Shown here piece after piece: positions 50,755 through 60,991 of a stretch of 64,000 nt of DNA. Position numbers and translations under genes: made by a program. Positions within the stretch are counted from its first letter, which is position 1. Every line of letters begins with the position of its first letter. Below the pieces are notes generated by a model, which was given only the letters and a program-made list of their open reading frames with translations, was not told the origin of the DNA and made no database searches. This DNA is from an uncultured cyanobacterium (GTDB lineage: Bacteria > Cyanobacteriota > Cyanobacteriia > Cyanobacteriales > CAWCAG01): contig CAWCAG010000005.1 of assembly GCA_963793425.1 (NCBI GenBank), positions 1,440,001-1,504,000 of the forward strand. The letters are read 5' to 3'.

Positions 50755-51780
50755 ATGAAAACAAAAGTTGCAATATTAGGAGTGGGGCGTTGGGGTACTC
50801 ATTTGTTGAGGAATTTTCATCAACATCCTCAAGCAGAAGTGATTGCAGTTGTTGATCCTCACCCTGAGAGGTTGGTAGCTTGTCGAGAGAAGTTAGGTTT
50901 GGATGAGCAAAGTGTAATGCTCAGTGAACAATGGTCTGCTGTGCGACAGCTAGAAGGGCTTGAGGCTGTGGTTGTTGCTACTCCTGCTTCTACTCATTAT
51001 CCTTTGATTTTGGATGCTTTAGAACTTGGCTATCACGTTCTGGCGGAAAAGCCTTTAACATTAGAAGTGACTGAGTGTGTAGCACTTTGTCGTTTGGCTG
51101 AAGAACAGCACAAACAGTTGTTGGTGGATCATACTTATTTATTTAACCCGGCGGTTAGGAAAGGGAAGGAAGTTATTATTACAGAAAGGTTGGGGGCATT
51201 GCGTTACGGTTATGCTAGCCGTACCCATTTAGGGCCAGTACGACAGGATATCGATGCGCTTTGGGATTTGGCGATTCATGACATTGCCATTTTTAACTAT
51301 TGGTTAGGAGAGCAACCGATGCAAGTGCAGGGTAATGGCTCTGTCTGGTTGCAACAGGGTGTGGCAGACTTGGTTTGGTTAACCTTAATCTACCCTAGCG
51401 GTTTCCGGGCTTATATTCACCTTTGTTGGCTCAATGCTGACAAACAAAGACGTTTAGGGGTAGTAGGGGAAAAAGGAAGTTTGATTTTTGATGAAATGCT
51501 CACCGATACACCCTTAACTTTGCAGCAGGGTTATTTTGAGCAACAAGATAGCTATTATCTGCCCACAGCCCAACATCGCGAGGTTATTCCTGTTCCTACT
51601 TCTGAACCCTTAAAAGAAGTCTGCGATCGCTTCTTAGAAAATATTCGTTTAGGAACAAGTTGTTCTGTTTCTTCTGGTTGGGTTGGTGCAGAGTTGGTAC
51701 AAGTTCTCTGTTGTTTAAGGGAGTCTTTAAAACGAAGGGGAGAAGTTATTGTAGTTCCGAATATCTCCCAAAAAACTTAA
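50755..51780 (+). CDS. Gfo/Idh/MocA family oxidoreductase
   Basis: GVGRWG, AEKP, DLAIHD. Confidence 0.92.
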   Translation: MKTKVAILGVGRWGTHLLRNFHQHPQAEVIAVVDPHPERLVACREKLGLDEQSVMLSEQWSAVRQLEGLEAVVVATPASTHYPLILDALELGYHVLAEKPLTLEVTECVALCRLAEEQHKQLLVDHTYLFNPAVRKGKEVIITERLGALRYGYASRTHLGPVRQDIDALWDLAIHDIAIFNYWLGEQPMQVQGNGSVWLQQGVADLVWLTLIYPSGFRAYIHLCWLNADKQRRLGVVGEKGSLIFDEMLTDTPLTLQQGYFEQQDSYYLPTAQHREVIPVPTSEPLKEVCDRFLENIRLGTSCSVSSGWVGAELVQVLCCLRESLKRRGEVIVVPNISQKT

Positions 51781-51897
51781 GGAAAATAGTATTGCTTAAT
51801 TAAGTATTGTTATAAAATTTAAGGAGTTATGTCTGAATATTATTATGTCGATAAATAATATTCAAGCTAAGTCACTTTTAGCTATTGCTGAGTCTGA

Positions 51898-52140
51898 GAA
51901 TTACAGGCAATTAATAAAGCTCTCAAACAAGAAATTGGCTTCCGCGAAGTAACTAAAATAGCTTTGGGGGAAAGTGAAAAGCATTTCCGAGCTATATTTG
52001 ATAATGTTTTTCAGTTCACTGGTTTATTGTTACCCGATGGTACGGTTTTAGAAGTTAATCAAACAGCTTTGAATTTTGCGGGTATTGAGCATGAAGATGT
52101 TGTCGTAAACCTTTTTGGTTAGCCAAAATAAGTAAATAAA
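51898..52140 (+). pseudogene. PAS-domain sensor gene fragment
   Basis: QEIGFREVTKIALGESEKHFRAIFDNVFQFTGLLLPDGTVLEVNQTALNFAG...KPFW; upstream in-frame TGA, frameshift, truncated. Confidence 0.75.
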
Positions 52141-52199
52141 ATAAGGCAATTATGATTACTTGCTACCAATAAAAATCGATAGTTTTTTAGCCTAACAAC

Positions 52200-53270
52200 T
52201 TATGCTTTTTCTTGCGGACTTTGATGGTATTCATGGGTCAAAAAAGGTACATCAATCAACTCTCCTTCCACCTCACCAATTTGCACTTTCAAACCAGCAC
52301 CACCAGCTTTGCTACGAATATAAGCGAGACTAAAAGCACCTTGGTCTGTTGTAGTTGAACTAGTGATTTTCCCGACTCTTTTACCTGCTACTATTACCTC
52401 GCTACCTAGTTCTACCGGTGCAGTTGATATTACTCCCCACAGCCTTTGTTTCACTCCTTGATAAGTATTTAACCTAGCAATAGTTTCTTGACCAATGTAA
52501 CAACCTTTATTAAAGGAAATATGTTGCCAAAGCCCTGTTTCTAGGGGGTTATAATCTTCAGTTAATTCTTGTCCAGAAATTGGTCTACCTTGGAAAATAC
52601 GAAGTTGTTCCCAAGCGTCATTCCCTAGAGGGATTGTACCTTGATTAATTAGTTGTTGCCAAAGATTTGCTGCTTCTTGAATTGGTACAATTAAGGTGTA
52701 ACCGGGAATTTTCAAACCTGTACCCACACACAAACGTAGTTTAATATTTTCAATAGTTGTTAACTGATGAGTATATTCTTTCCCTTCACCAATATTTTCT
52801 ATTCCTAAGTTTTGAACCAGAGTATTACTTTGAGGCCCAATCAAAGTAAAAATTGCATATTGTTCTGAAATATCTATTAATTCTACTTGATCCATAGGAA
52901 AGAGAAAACGGTCTAACCACTTCATCATTTCTTCCCGTTGTTGAGGAGAAATTAACAACAACAAGCTATCTTCTGCCACATAAACTGTAACTAAATCAAG
53001 ATTACGTCCAGTAGAAGTAACAAAAACTGTTTCGCAACCCTGTCCTGGTTTTAGTTGATTAATTTCATTAGTACTTTGGTTATGAATAAACCGCAAGCGT
53101 TCTTGGTCACAAACCTTAATCAATCCCCAATGAGAGCGATCCCACAAAGCAACCTTTTCTTGTGCTGCCTTTAAAGCTTGGCTATCGTTACCGAAGCTAT
53201 CAGGAACAGAAAATTTTGAACTAAAAGTTGCTCCTATTTGCTTTTGAATTTTTTGTAGTTCTTTACTCAT
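52200..53270 (-). CDS. ygfZ: YgfZ/GcvT folate-binding protein
   Basis: KGCYIGQE signature; DRSHWG. Confidence 0.88.
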   Translation of the reverse strand: MSKELQKIQKQIGATFSSKFSVPDSFGNDSQALKAAQEKVALWDRSHWGLIKVCDQERLRFIHNQSTNEINQLKPGQGCETVFVTSTGRNLDLVTVYVAEDSLLLLISPQQREEMMKWLDRFLFPMDQVELIDISEQYAIFTLIGPQSNTLVQNLGIENIGEGKEYTHQLTTIENIKLRLCVGTGLKIPGYTLIVPIQEAANLWQQLINQGTIPLGNDAWEQLRIFQGRPISGQELTEDYNPLETGLWQHISFNKGCYIGQETIARLNTYQGVKQRLWGVISTAPVELGSEVIVAGKRVGKITSSTTTDQGAFSLAYIRSKAGGAGLKVQIGEVEGELIDVPFLTHEYHQSPQEKA

Positions 53271-53459
53271 TAATTTATTAGTAAGGTTTATTTTAGCTAC
53301 TATTGACCTGTTGCCTTGTCTAATTTGCTAAGCTAAAAATAATGTGGTAACAGTCCTATAGCAATTTTTGTCTTGTAGTCTTGAAGAGATTGGCAGGACG
53401 AAAAAACTAAAGTACTATCAATTATTTAGGTAGTTATTGAATTAACTGAGGCAAACCTT

Positions 53460-54107
53460 ATGACAGCAAGCTATGCAACCTCCTCTGCTAGAGCAGAAAT
53501 GACAGAACTCCGACGCTTAAAAACTTTGTTGCCGCCAGAGTTACAAAGTTGGGTCATGGTAGAAGGTACAGCAGAAGTTAACCCCCCTTTAATTCGGTGC
53601 GAAGAAATCGGCCGAGACGAAGTAGAAATTCAAATCGACTTAGCTAAGTGGGAAAACTTTGCTATTGACCAGCGCAATTTACTATTCTGGCATGAAGTCG
53701 CCCGCGTTCAAAATGATACTATCCCCAGAGAGGGATGGGAAATGGCTGCTTTGGCTATTGGTTTAGGGGGGGCAGTAGGAGAACTTTGGGTTCAAGATGG
53801 TTTATTATTGCTTCTCGCTATGGCCCTTTGCGGTATATCTGGTTATAGGCTTTGGCAAAAAAATAACGGAGATCGTACCTTACAAGAATCCGTTGAAGCT
53901 GATGAAAAAGCCATCATCATTGCTACTCGCTTCAACTATACTCTCCCCAATGCCTATAAGAGTTTAGGTAGCGCCCTCAAAACCATTATTGAACAAAGCC
54001 CCAGCCGCCGTCAGCGCAAAAAGTATGAAACCCGCCTACAAGCCCTAAGACGTAACGCTTCCAAGGCAAAAGCAAAGATGAAAGCAAAACGAGAAAGACA
54101 ACCCTAA
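53460..54107 (+). CDS. DUF3318 family protein
   Basis: ELRRLKTLLPPELQSWV, QRNLLFWHEVAR. Confidence 0.8.
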   Translation: MTASYATSSARAEMTELRRLKTLLPPELQSWVMVEGTAEVNPPLIRCEEIGRDEVEIQIDLAKWENFAIDQRNLLFWHEVARVQNDTIPREGWEMAALAIGLGGAVGELWVQDGLLLLLAMALCGISGYRLWQKNNGDRTLQESVEADEKAIIIATRFNYTLPNAYKSLGSALKTIIEQSPSRRQRKKYETRLQALRRNASKAKAKMKAKRERQP

Positions 54108-54158
54108 ATTTCATTGATACATCCCTAACAGATGACCCAATATTTAATGTTTAATGTC

Positions 54159-54959
54159 TTAAAGTTGCCCAATCATTTTATGGGTTTGGGGCAGTACCTT
54201 AACTCGGTTGAGCTTCTGAGATTGCCCTAGATGCTTCATTAAGACTTGCCAATCCAGAATTTGGTCTGGTGTAGGGGAAAGTAGTTGCTTATCTGTTAGA
54301 GGCTTTTCTAGGGGGGTTACAGGTTGCAAGAAAATAACTATCTCTGGATTTACTTTAGCAACTAACTCAGCCGCTTGCTTTAACTCGTCTGGGTTAGTTG
54401 TTTGAGAAACAATTATTTTCACAAAAACATCAACTGAAGCATTTCTGCATAGCTGGAGAAATTCACCATGTGCCTGCCAATGCTCTTCTCCGCTAGTACT
54501 AGGTAACTTAATATCCATACCTACCAAATCGAGATAGGGTAAAACTTTACTCAAAAGTTGGGGGCGATGACCACCAGTTTCTAGGTAAATTGGTAGAGGG
54601 CTAACTTCCTTAAGTTGGGGTAAAAACTTTTGGAGAAAAGGAGCGTGGAGTAAAGGCTCTCCTCCAGTTAAGCTAATACTATCGTGTAATCCTGGTACAT
54701 CTTGTTGCTTAACCCATTGTAGCAACATAGGCAATTCCACAAGATTAGGATAATCAAGAAAATCTCGCTTCCCTGGTGTTTGTTCAACTCGGCATTGAGG
54801 AGAAAGTCCCCAAGTATGAGAACTGTCACAAAAATGGCAACGTAGGTCACAAAAAGCAAAACGAATAAAAATTTGGCGAGTACCAACATTAATCCCTTCC
54901 CCTTGAATAGCCGAAAAAACCTCGACCAAGTTAGCCTTAGAAGTAGATTGCTTAATCAT
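54159..54959 (-). CDS. queE: 7-carboxy-7-deazaguanine synthase (radical SAM)
   Basis: EVFSAIQGEG, CDLRCHFCD, TGGEP, PQTHK. Confidence 0.92.
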   Translation of the reverse strand: MIKQSTSKANLVEVFSAIQGEGINVGTRQIFIRFAFCDLRCHFCDSSHTWGLSPQCRVEQTPGKRDFLDYPNLVELPMLLQWVKQQDVPGLHDSISLTGGEPLLHAPFLQKFLPQLKEVSPLPIYLETGGHRPQLLSKVLPYLDLVGMDIKLPSTSGEEHWQAHGEFLQLCRNASVDVFVKIIVSQTTNPDELKQAAELVAKVNPEIVIFLQPVTPLEKPLTDKQLLSPTPDQILDWQVLMKHLGQSQKLNRVKVLPQTHKMIGQL

Positions 54960-55042
54960 AAATTTGCATAAACACTGAATTTTTAATTTTTGATGAAGAT
55001 AGAGATTGTAGGACAGAATATTGGTCAAGCGATCGATCTTTT

Positions 55043-56077
55043 ATGACTATAAGGAAACAGCCAGTTGCAATGACTAGCCAAACCCCAGAAATTCCAGAAG
55101 CTGATTTTAAGACCAATTTCTCTGACCAGGTAGCCAGTATTGAGATGCCGGAAAGGATAACTATTTTAGAGGCTGTCGCTTTTAAAGCAACGTTCCAAGA
55201 AATTCTTGTTGTTACTCCTAGCCCACAAAAAATTGTTCTTAATTTCACAAAGAACACTTTCATCGACAGCAGTGGTATTGGTGCTTTAGTAACCAATTTC
55301 AAAGCGGCAAAGAAAAAAGGCTTAGATTTATTACTGAAAAACGTCCATCCTCAAGTGATGGCGGTTTTTGTCATGAATGGTCTTGATCAAGTTCTTAATA
55401 TTCAACCTCAAACGAAAAAACAAACTCAATCTCTTAGTAATAATCAAGAATCTCAACCCCCGGCTACCCATCCTTCAACCCATTCTTTGATCAAGCGATT
55501 GATAGATATCATCGGGGGCTTAGTTGGTTTGATGATTACAGGAATTTTGTTTATCCCCATTGTCATGGCCATCAAACTAGAAAGCCCGGGTCCTATTTTC
55601 TTCGCTCAAACTCGCCACGGTTGGTTAGGCAAAAAATTCAAGATTTGGAAATTCCGTTCTATGTGTATTGATGCAGAAAAACGGAAATCTGAGATCCAAA
55701 ATCAAGCTAGTGGTGCTTTTTTCAAAAATGAAAATGATCCTCGTATCACAAAAGTAGGTAGCTTTCTAAGAAAAACCAGCCTTGATGAACTGCCTCAATT
55801 CTGGAATGTCGTTAGAGGAGAAATGAGTTTGGTGGGAACCCGCCCTCCTACCAGTGATGAAGTTGAGCATTATGATATTCCAGAATGGCAAAGATTCGAC
55901 GTTAAACCAGGAATGACAGGAGAGTGGCAAGTTAACGGGCGATCGCAAATTCGCGAATTTGAAGATGTGATCAAAATGGACTTGCGGTATCAAAAAAACT
56001 GGAGTTTAGCTTATGATATCAAACTAATCCTGAAAACCATTCTAATTTTGTTTCATAAAAATAGTGGAGCTGTTTAG
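55043..56077 (+). CDS. STAS anti-sigma-antagonist domain fused to bacterial sugar (priming glycosyl) transferase
   Basis: FIDSSGIGAL; KRLIDI, KFRSM, DPRIT, LDELPQ, MSLVGTRP, KPGMTGEWQV. Confidence 0.92.
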   Translation: MTIRKQPVAMTSQTPEIPEADFKTNFSDQVASIEMPERITILEAVAFKATFQEILVVTPSPQKIVLNFTKNTFIDSSGIGALVTNFKAAKKKGLDLLLKNVHPQVMAVFVMNGLDQVLNIQPQTKKQTQSLSNNQESQPPATHPSTHSLIKRLIDIIGGLVGLMITGILFIPIVMAIKLESPGPIFFAQTRHGWLGKKFKIWKFRSMCIDAEKRKSEIQNQASGAFFKNENDPRITKVGSFLRKTSLDELPQFWNVVRGEMSLVGTRPPTSDEVEHYDIPEWQRFDVKPGMTGEWQVNGRSQIREFEDVIKMDLRYQKNWSLAYDIKLILKTILILFHKNSGAV

Positions 56078-56102
56078 AAAACCGAAAAATCCTTTTCTGT
56101 TA

Positions 56103-56570
56103 ATGCAGAATAAAAAAACACTCAAAGAATCACACCTAGAAGTCGCCACAGACTTAAACGCTTTGTCCCAAGTGTTGGAGTGGTTTGAAGAAACTGCTAC
56201 CTCTTTACTACCAGACAAAGCTTACTGGCAATGTAAACTAGCCTTGGCAGAAGGCTTTACTAATGCTGTTCGTCATGCACACCAGGGTCTACCTAAAACA
56301 ACGCCAATTAAGTTAGAAGTTAAATTCTTTACTCAATATTTAGAAATGAAAGTATGGGACAGAGGTCAACCTTTTGATCTTCTTGCTAGGCTTCAATATC
56401 AAACCAAATTACAAAGTAATTTTGACCCTAAAAAAGATGATGTTCCTGAAGGAGGACGAGGCTTAATTTGGATGAATCAGTTAACTGACGAATTAAGTTA
56501 TACTCGTACTCCAGATCAACAAAATTGTTTGTTTATGAGAAAGAAATTTAGAAGAATCAGGAGGCGATAA
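56103..56570 (+). CDS. Anti-sigma regulatory factor (RsbW-like HATPase)
   Basis: LAEGFTNAVRHAH, WDRGQPFD, EGGRGL. Confidence 0.9.
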   Translation: MQNKKTLKESHLEVATDLNALSQVLEWFEETATSLLPDKAYWQCKLALAEGFTNAVRHAHQGLPKTTPIKLEVKFFTQYLEMKVWDRGQPFDLLARLQYQTKLQSNFDPKKDDVPEGGRGLIWMNQLTDELSYTRTPDQQNCLFMRKKFRRIRRR

Positions 56571-56621
56571 AGAGTTTTAAAAAAGTAAGTCAATTATTCT
56601 CTAATCTCCGGTGTCTCCCCA

Positions 56622-57032
56622 TTACCTCAATAGTTCCTTTTGCAAAAAATCACCCCACTTTGCTGCTAAGCCAACTTCTGTAAAAGGAATCTTAATGCTC
56701 TGGTCTTCATTAACCAACTTAAAAGCAAGATCAGGCTTACCTTTGTTGGGAAGTGCTTCTAAGTCAACAGATTTGCCATTAACCAACAACTCAATAGACT
56801 TCACATCCTCAAGAGAAAAAGTTTCCACATCAACAGGTTCGCCGCGAGTTGGCTTGCCCCAAGTAATCTCCTTACCTTTCTTCCCGATCACAGCGTAAAT
56901 ATCATACTTCGCCTGGTCAAATTGTTCTGCCCAGCGACCATAGGCTTCCACTTTTTGATATTCGTACCAACCTTTCCAAGCTAGCCAAAAAAAGATAGCT
57001 AATAAAGGCAACCACAATAAACCTCTTTCCAC
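56622..57032 (-). CDS. Conserved cyanobacterial membrane-anchored hypothetical protein
   Basis: MERGLLWLPLL TM; AKYDIYAV. Confidence 0.75.
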   Translation of the reverse strand: MERGLLWLPLLAIFFWLAWKGWYEYQKVEAYGRWAEQFDQAKYDIYAVIGKKGKEITWGKPTRGEPVDVETFSLEDVKSIELLVNGKSVDLEALPNKGKPDLAFKLVNEDQSIKIPFTEVGLAAKWGDFLQKELLR

Positions 57033-57092
57033 GATAATTTAGTTGTTAAATGTCCTATGATAATTATTCTAGAGAAATATTAAACTTGATAC

Positions 57093-57626
57093 ATGGAAAA
57101 AAATATCCGTATTGGTATTTTAACAGCTTCAGATCGGGCTAGTGCCGGAGTTTACGAAGACATTTCTGGTCAAGCCATAATTGACTTGCTTAATTCTTAT
57201 TTAACTAGCAAATGGGAGGCTGTATACAATGTCATTCCTGATAGCCAAGAGGGTATTGAAAATACTTTAAAAAAAATGGCTGATGAAGAAGGTTGTTGCT
57301 TAGTTGTAACTACAGGAGGTACAGGCCCAGCCCCAAGAGATGTTACCCCAGAAGCAACGGAGGCTGTATGTGAGAAGATGTTACCAGGTTTTGGGGAGTT
57401 GATGCGTTCTGTTTCTCTTCAATATGTACCCACAGCAATCCTTTCGCGCCAAACTGCCGGAATTCGTGGTAGTTGTTTAATTGTTAATCTCCCCGGCAAA
57501 CCTAAATCAATCAAAGAATGTCTTGAGGCAATTTTCCCCGCTATTCCCTACTGTCTAGACTTAATCAACGCTCCTTATTTAGAATGTGATACAGAAGTTA
57601 TTAAAGTATTTCGACCAAAAAAGTAA
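57093..57626 (+). CDS. mog: Molybdopterin adenylyltransferase
   Basis: SDRA, TTGGTGPAPRDVTPEA, NLPGKP. Confidence 0.95.
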   Translation: MEKNIRIGILTASDRASAGVYEDISGQAIIDLLNSYLTSKWEAVYNVIPDSQEGIENTLKKMADEEGCCLVVTTGGTGPAPRDVTPEATEAVCEKMLPGFGELMRSVSLQYVPTAILSRQTAGIRGSCLIVNLPGKPKSIKECLEAIFPAIPYCLDLINAPYLECDTEVIKVFRPKK

Positions 57627-57691
57627 AATCAATTGACAGTTAGTAACTAAACAACTAACAATTAGCAACTAGCAACTAGCAATAGAGTGAT

Positions 57692-59137
57692 ATGCCCCTG
57701 ACTGTATATAACACCCAAAACCGCTGCCAAGAGGCTTTCAAAACCATTGAACCCGGAAAGGTAAAAATGTACTGCTGTGGTGTTACGGTTTATGACTATT
57801 GTCATTTGGGTCATGCTCGTTCCTATATTGTTTGGGATGTGGTACGCCGCTACTTAAAATGGCAGGGGTATGAAGTTGAGTATGTACAGAATTTTACGGA
57901 TATTGACGATAAAATTATCAATCGGGCTAAACGGGACAACTTAGCACCAGAAGAAGTTTCCCAACGCTACATTAAAGAATATTTTGCTGATCTTAGGCGT
58001 TTAAATGTTAGGGATGCCGATGAGTATCCCCAAGCAACAGAACATATTGCCGGAATGCAGCAGCTAATTGAAAATTTAATTGCCCAGGATTTAGCTTATG
58101 GGGCTGGGGGAGATGTTTATTATCGAGTCGAAAAATTTCCTAGCTATGGTAAACTCTCAGGACGGAAATTAGACCAAATGCAAGCGGGGGCCAGTGGGCG
58201 AGTTGATGTCCCGGAGGTCGGAGAGGTTAAGAAGCAACACCCCTTTGATTTTGCTCTCTGGAAAGCTTCTAAGAGGAGTGAACCTAGCTGGGATTCTCCT
58301 TGGGGGAAAGGTCGCCCAGGTTGGCATATTGAGTGTTCAGCAATGGTTAAAGCCCTTTTAGGAGAAACCATTGATATTCATAGTGGTGGTGGAGACTTGG
58401 TTTTTCCTCACCATGAAAATGAAATTGCCCAATCAGAGGGGGCAACTAAGCAACCTTTAGCTAATTATTGGTTGCATAATGGCATGGTGATGGTAGAGGG
58501 GCAGAAAATGTCTAAATCTTTAGGTAACTTCACTACCATTAGGGAATTATTAAACCGCCCCGTTGAACCCATGGTAGTGAGACTATTTGTTTTACAAGCA
58601 CAGTACCGTAAGCCTTTAGATTTTACTGATGAGGCGATCGCCTCTGCTAAAAATAGTTGGGAAACTTGGCAAGCAGGTTTGTTATTTGGGCAACAATACG
58701 GAGAAAAGTTAGGGTTTCAAGAAAAAGATTTACAGGTGGAAGATTCCTATAAATCCCGCTTTACTGAGGCGATGAACAATGACTTTAATACTCCTAAAGC
58801 AATGGCAGTTTTGTTTGAACTAGCCAAGGAGTTACGCCGCCAAACTAATTTGATTATTCACGAAGGAGAGGCTGATGCTTCAACTAAAGTTTTAGTTAAG
58901 CAATGGCACACTTTAGTTGAATTAGCCGCAGTTTTAGGTTTAGAAGTTGTTAATGAACAAAAAGAAACTCCCCAAAGTAATGAAACTCAAATTCAAACTT
59001 TAGTAAAACAAAGACAACAAGCAAGGCGCGATCGCAACTTTGCCGAAGCTGATCAGATTCGAGATCAACTTCAAGCCATGGGTATTGGTTTAATCGATCA
59101 ACCTGACGGCGAAACTCGCACCATAAAATTAAAATAA
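57692..59137 (+). CDS. cysS: Cysteinyl-tRNA synthetase
   Basis: CGVTVYDYCHLGHAR, GRPGWHIECS, FPHHENE, KMSKS. Confidence 0.98.
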   Translation: MPLTVYNTQNRCQEAFKTIEPGKVKMYCCGVTVYDYCHLGHARSYIVWDVVRRYLKWQGYEVEYVQNFTDIDDKIINRAKRDNLAPEEVSQRYIKEYFADLRRLNVRDADEYPQATEHIAGMQQLIENLIAQDLAYGAGGDVYYRVEKFPSYGKLSGRKLDQMQAGASGRVDVPEVGEVKKQHPFDFALWKASKRSEPSWDSPWGKGRPGWHIECSAMVKALLGETIDIHSGGGDLVFPHHENEIAQSEGATKQPLANYWLHNGMVMVEGQKMSKSLGNFTTIRELLNRPVEPMVVRLFVLQAQYRKPLDFTDEAIASAKNSWETWQAGLLFGQQYGEKLGFQEKDLQVEDSYKSRFTEAMNNDFNTPKAMAVLFELAKELRRQTNLIIHEGEADASTKVLVKQWHTLVELAAVLGLEVVNEQKETPQSNETQIQTLVKQRQQARRDRNFAEADQIRDQLQAMGIGLIDQPDGETRTIKLK

Positions 59138-59310
59138 TTAAAGTAATTAGCTCTTAAATATTAACTTCTTCCCGATATCTTCTCGATGCTCTTTTAAGCT
59201 ATTAAAAGTAGGCTTAGGAGAGCATAATTCATGTCAAATCTCTTGGAAAAGTTACAGTTTAGTTTTTAGCAATGGGTTAAGAATTAAATGATCAATGAAA
59301 GGTAAAAACC

Positions 59311-59907
59311 ATGTTCACAAAAGAATCTGCTCAAGTTTCAACTGCAACAGCAACCGATGAAGAAAAAGTGATTGCTGCCTTAACTTTAGCCTTCAGTGCT
59401 GATCCTGCCCTGCGTTGGATGTATCCCCAATCCCAGCAATACCTAACTTACTTCCCTCACTTTGCGAGAAAATTCGCTGGTAAAGCCTTTGACAAAGACA
59501 CTGCTTACCATACCGCTGGTTATGCAGGTGCAGCACTTTGGTTGCCCCCAGAAAGCGAAGCTGATGAGGAACCCCTGGTTGCATTACTGCAAGAAAGCGT
59601 CTTGGACTCGCAGTTAGAGGAAGTTTTTGCTATATTCGAGCAAATGGGCAACTACCATCCCCAGCAACCTCATTGGTACTTATCGTTACTGGGGGTGGAA
59701 CCGATGCAACAGGGCAAAGGCAATGGTTCAGCCTTAATGCAGCAAATTCTACCAAAATGTGACAGGGATCGCCTCCCTGCTTATCTTGAATCTTCCAACT
59801 CAGCCAGTGTTCCTTTTTACCAACACTACGGCTTTGAAGTGCTTGCCCAAATTCAAATAGGGACATCTCCAACAATTTTTCCAATGTTGCGTTGTCCCCA
59901 CAACTAA
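59311..59907 (+). CDS. GNAT N-acetyltransferase
   Basis: HWYLSLLGVEPMQQGKG, AYLES, FYQHYGF. Confidence 0.9.
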   Translation: MFTKESAQVSTATATDEEKVIAALTLAFSADPALRWMYPQSQQYLTYFPHFARKFAGKAFDKDTAYHTAGYAGAALWLPPESEADEEPLVALLQESVLDSQLEEVFAIFEQMGNYHPQQPHWYLSLLGVEPMQQGKGNGSALMQQILPKCDRDRLPAYLESSNSASVPFYQHYGFEVLAQIQIGTSPTIFPMLRCPHN

Positions 59908-59914
59908 ATAAGCC

Positions 59915-60008
59915 AAATGTTTAATGTAGCCTACGGCAACGCATAGTAAATACGACAACGTTTACACGTTTGCGGAGCATTGTCGCATTTACTACGCGAA
60001 GCGTCAAC
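59915..60008. repeat. Short dispersed repeat followed by a 56-nt imperfect palindrome
   Basis: 25-mer shared with 22562; GCATAGTAAATACGACAACG...CATTGTCGCATTTACTACGC. Confidence 0.7.
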
Positions 60009-60036
60009 AATGTTCAATAAAAAAAGGATAATCATA

Positions 60037-60990
60037 ATGGCAAAATATAGAAACAATTTGCCCCAACTTGCTAATAATTTATTCCTTACCGACGGAGGTA
60101 CAGAAACAACTCTGGTTTTCCATGAAGGATTAGATTTGCCTTACTTTGCTGCCTTTGATTTACTCAAAGATCAACAAGGTTATCAAGTTTTGCAAAAATA
60201 CTTCCGTAGCTATGCTAACCTCGCTAAAAAGCATCAAGTAGGATTTATTTTAGAAAGTGTTACTTGGCGGGCTAATGCAGATTGGGGTTTGCTGCTGGGT
60301 TATTCAAAAGAAGCATTAGCCGAAATGAACCATAAAGCGATCACCTTGTTAGAAGAGATCCGCGCTGAATACGAAACGGTCAAAACACCAATGGTAATTA
60401 GTGGTTGCATCGGCCCTCGTGGAGATGGCTACAACCCGACTAAACTAATGACAGAAGAAGAAGCACAACAGTATCATCTTCAACAAATAACCACCTTCAG
60501 CAATACTAATGCTGATCTGGTTAGTGCCATGACAATAACTTACACTGAAGAAGCGATAGGCATTGCTCACGCCGCTAAATCATTAGGAATACCAGTGGTA
60601 ATTTCCTTTACCCTTGAAACAGATGGTAAATTACCAACGGGTCAAACCCTTAAGGAGGCTATCACACAAGTTGACGAAAGCACAAATAAAGCCCCTGCAT
60701 ATTATATGATTAACTGCGCTCATCCTACTCACTTTGCAGATGTCTTAGTTGAGCATGAACCTTGGTTGAAGAGAGTTCGCGGCATCAGGGCTAATGCTTC
60801 CACTAAAAGCCATGCTGAATTAGACGAAGCAGAAGAACTAGACGACGGTAACCCAGTAGAACTTGCTACCCAGTACCGCAAATTAAGAAACAAATTGCCA
60901 AACTTAAATGTACTAGGGGGTTGCTGTGGCACAGATATTCGCCATGTTGAAGCCATTTACCAAGCCTATCTTCCTGTAACCAGCCTGTAA
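60037..60990 (+). CDS. Homocysteine S-methyltransferase family protein
   Basis: TDGGTET, INCAHP, GGCCGTD zinc motif. Confidence 0.92.
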   Translation: MAKYRNNLPQLANNLFLTDGGTETTLVFHEGLDLPYFAAFDLLKDQQGYQVLQKYFRSYANLAKKHQVGFILESVTWRANADWGLLLGYSKEALAEMNHKAITLLEEIRAEYETVKTPMVISGCIGPRGDGYNPTKLMTEEEAQQYHLQQITTFSNTNADLVSAMTITYTEEAIGIAHAAKSLGIPVVISFTLETDGKLPTGQTLKEAITQVDESTNKAPAYYMINCAHPTHFADVLVEHEPWLKRVRGIRANASTKSHAELDEAEELDDGNPVELATQYRKLRNKLPNLNVLGGCCGTDIRHVEAIYQAYLPVTSL

Positions 60991-60991
60991 T

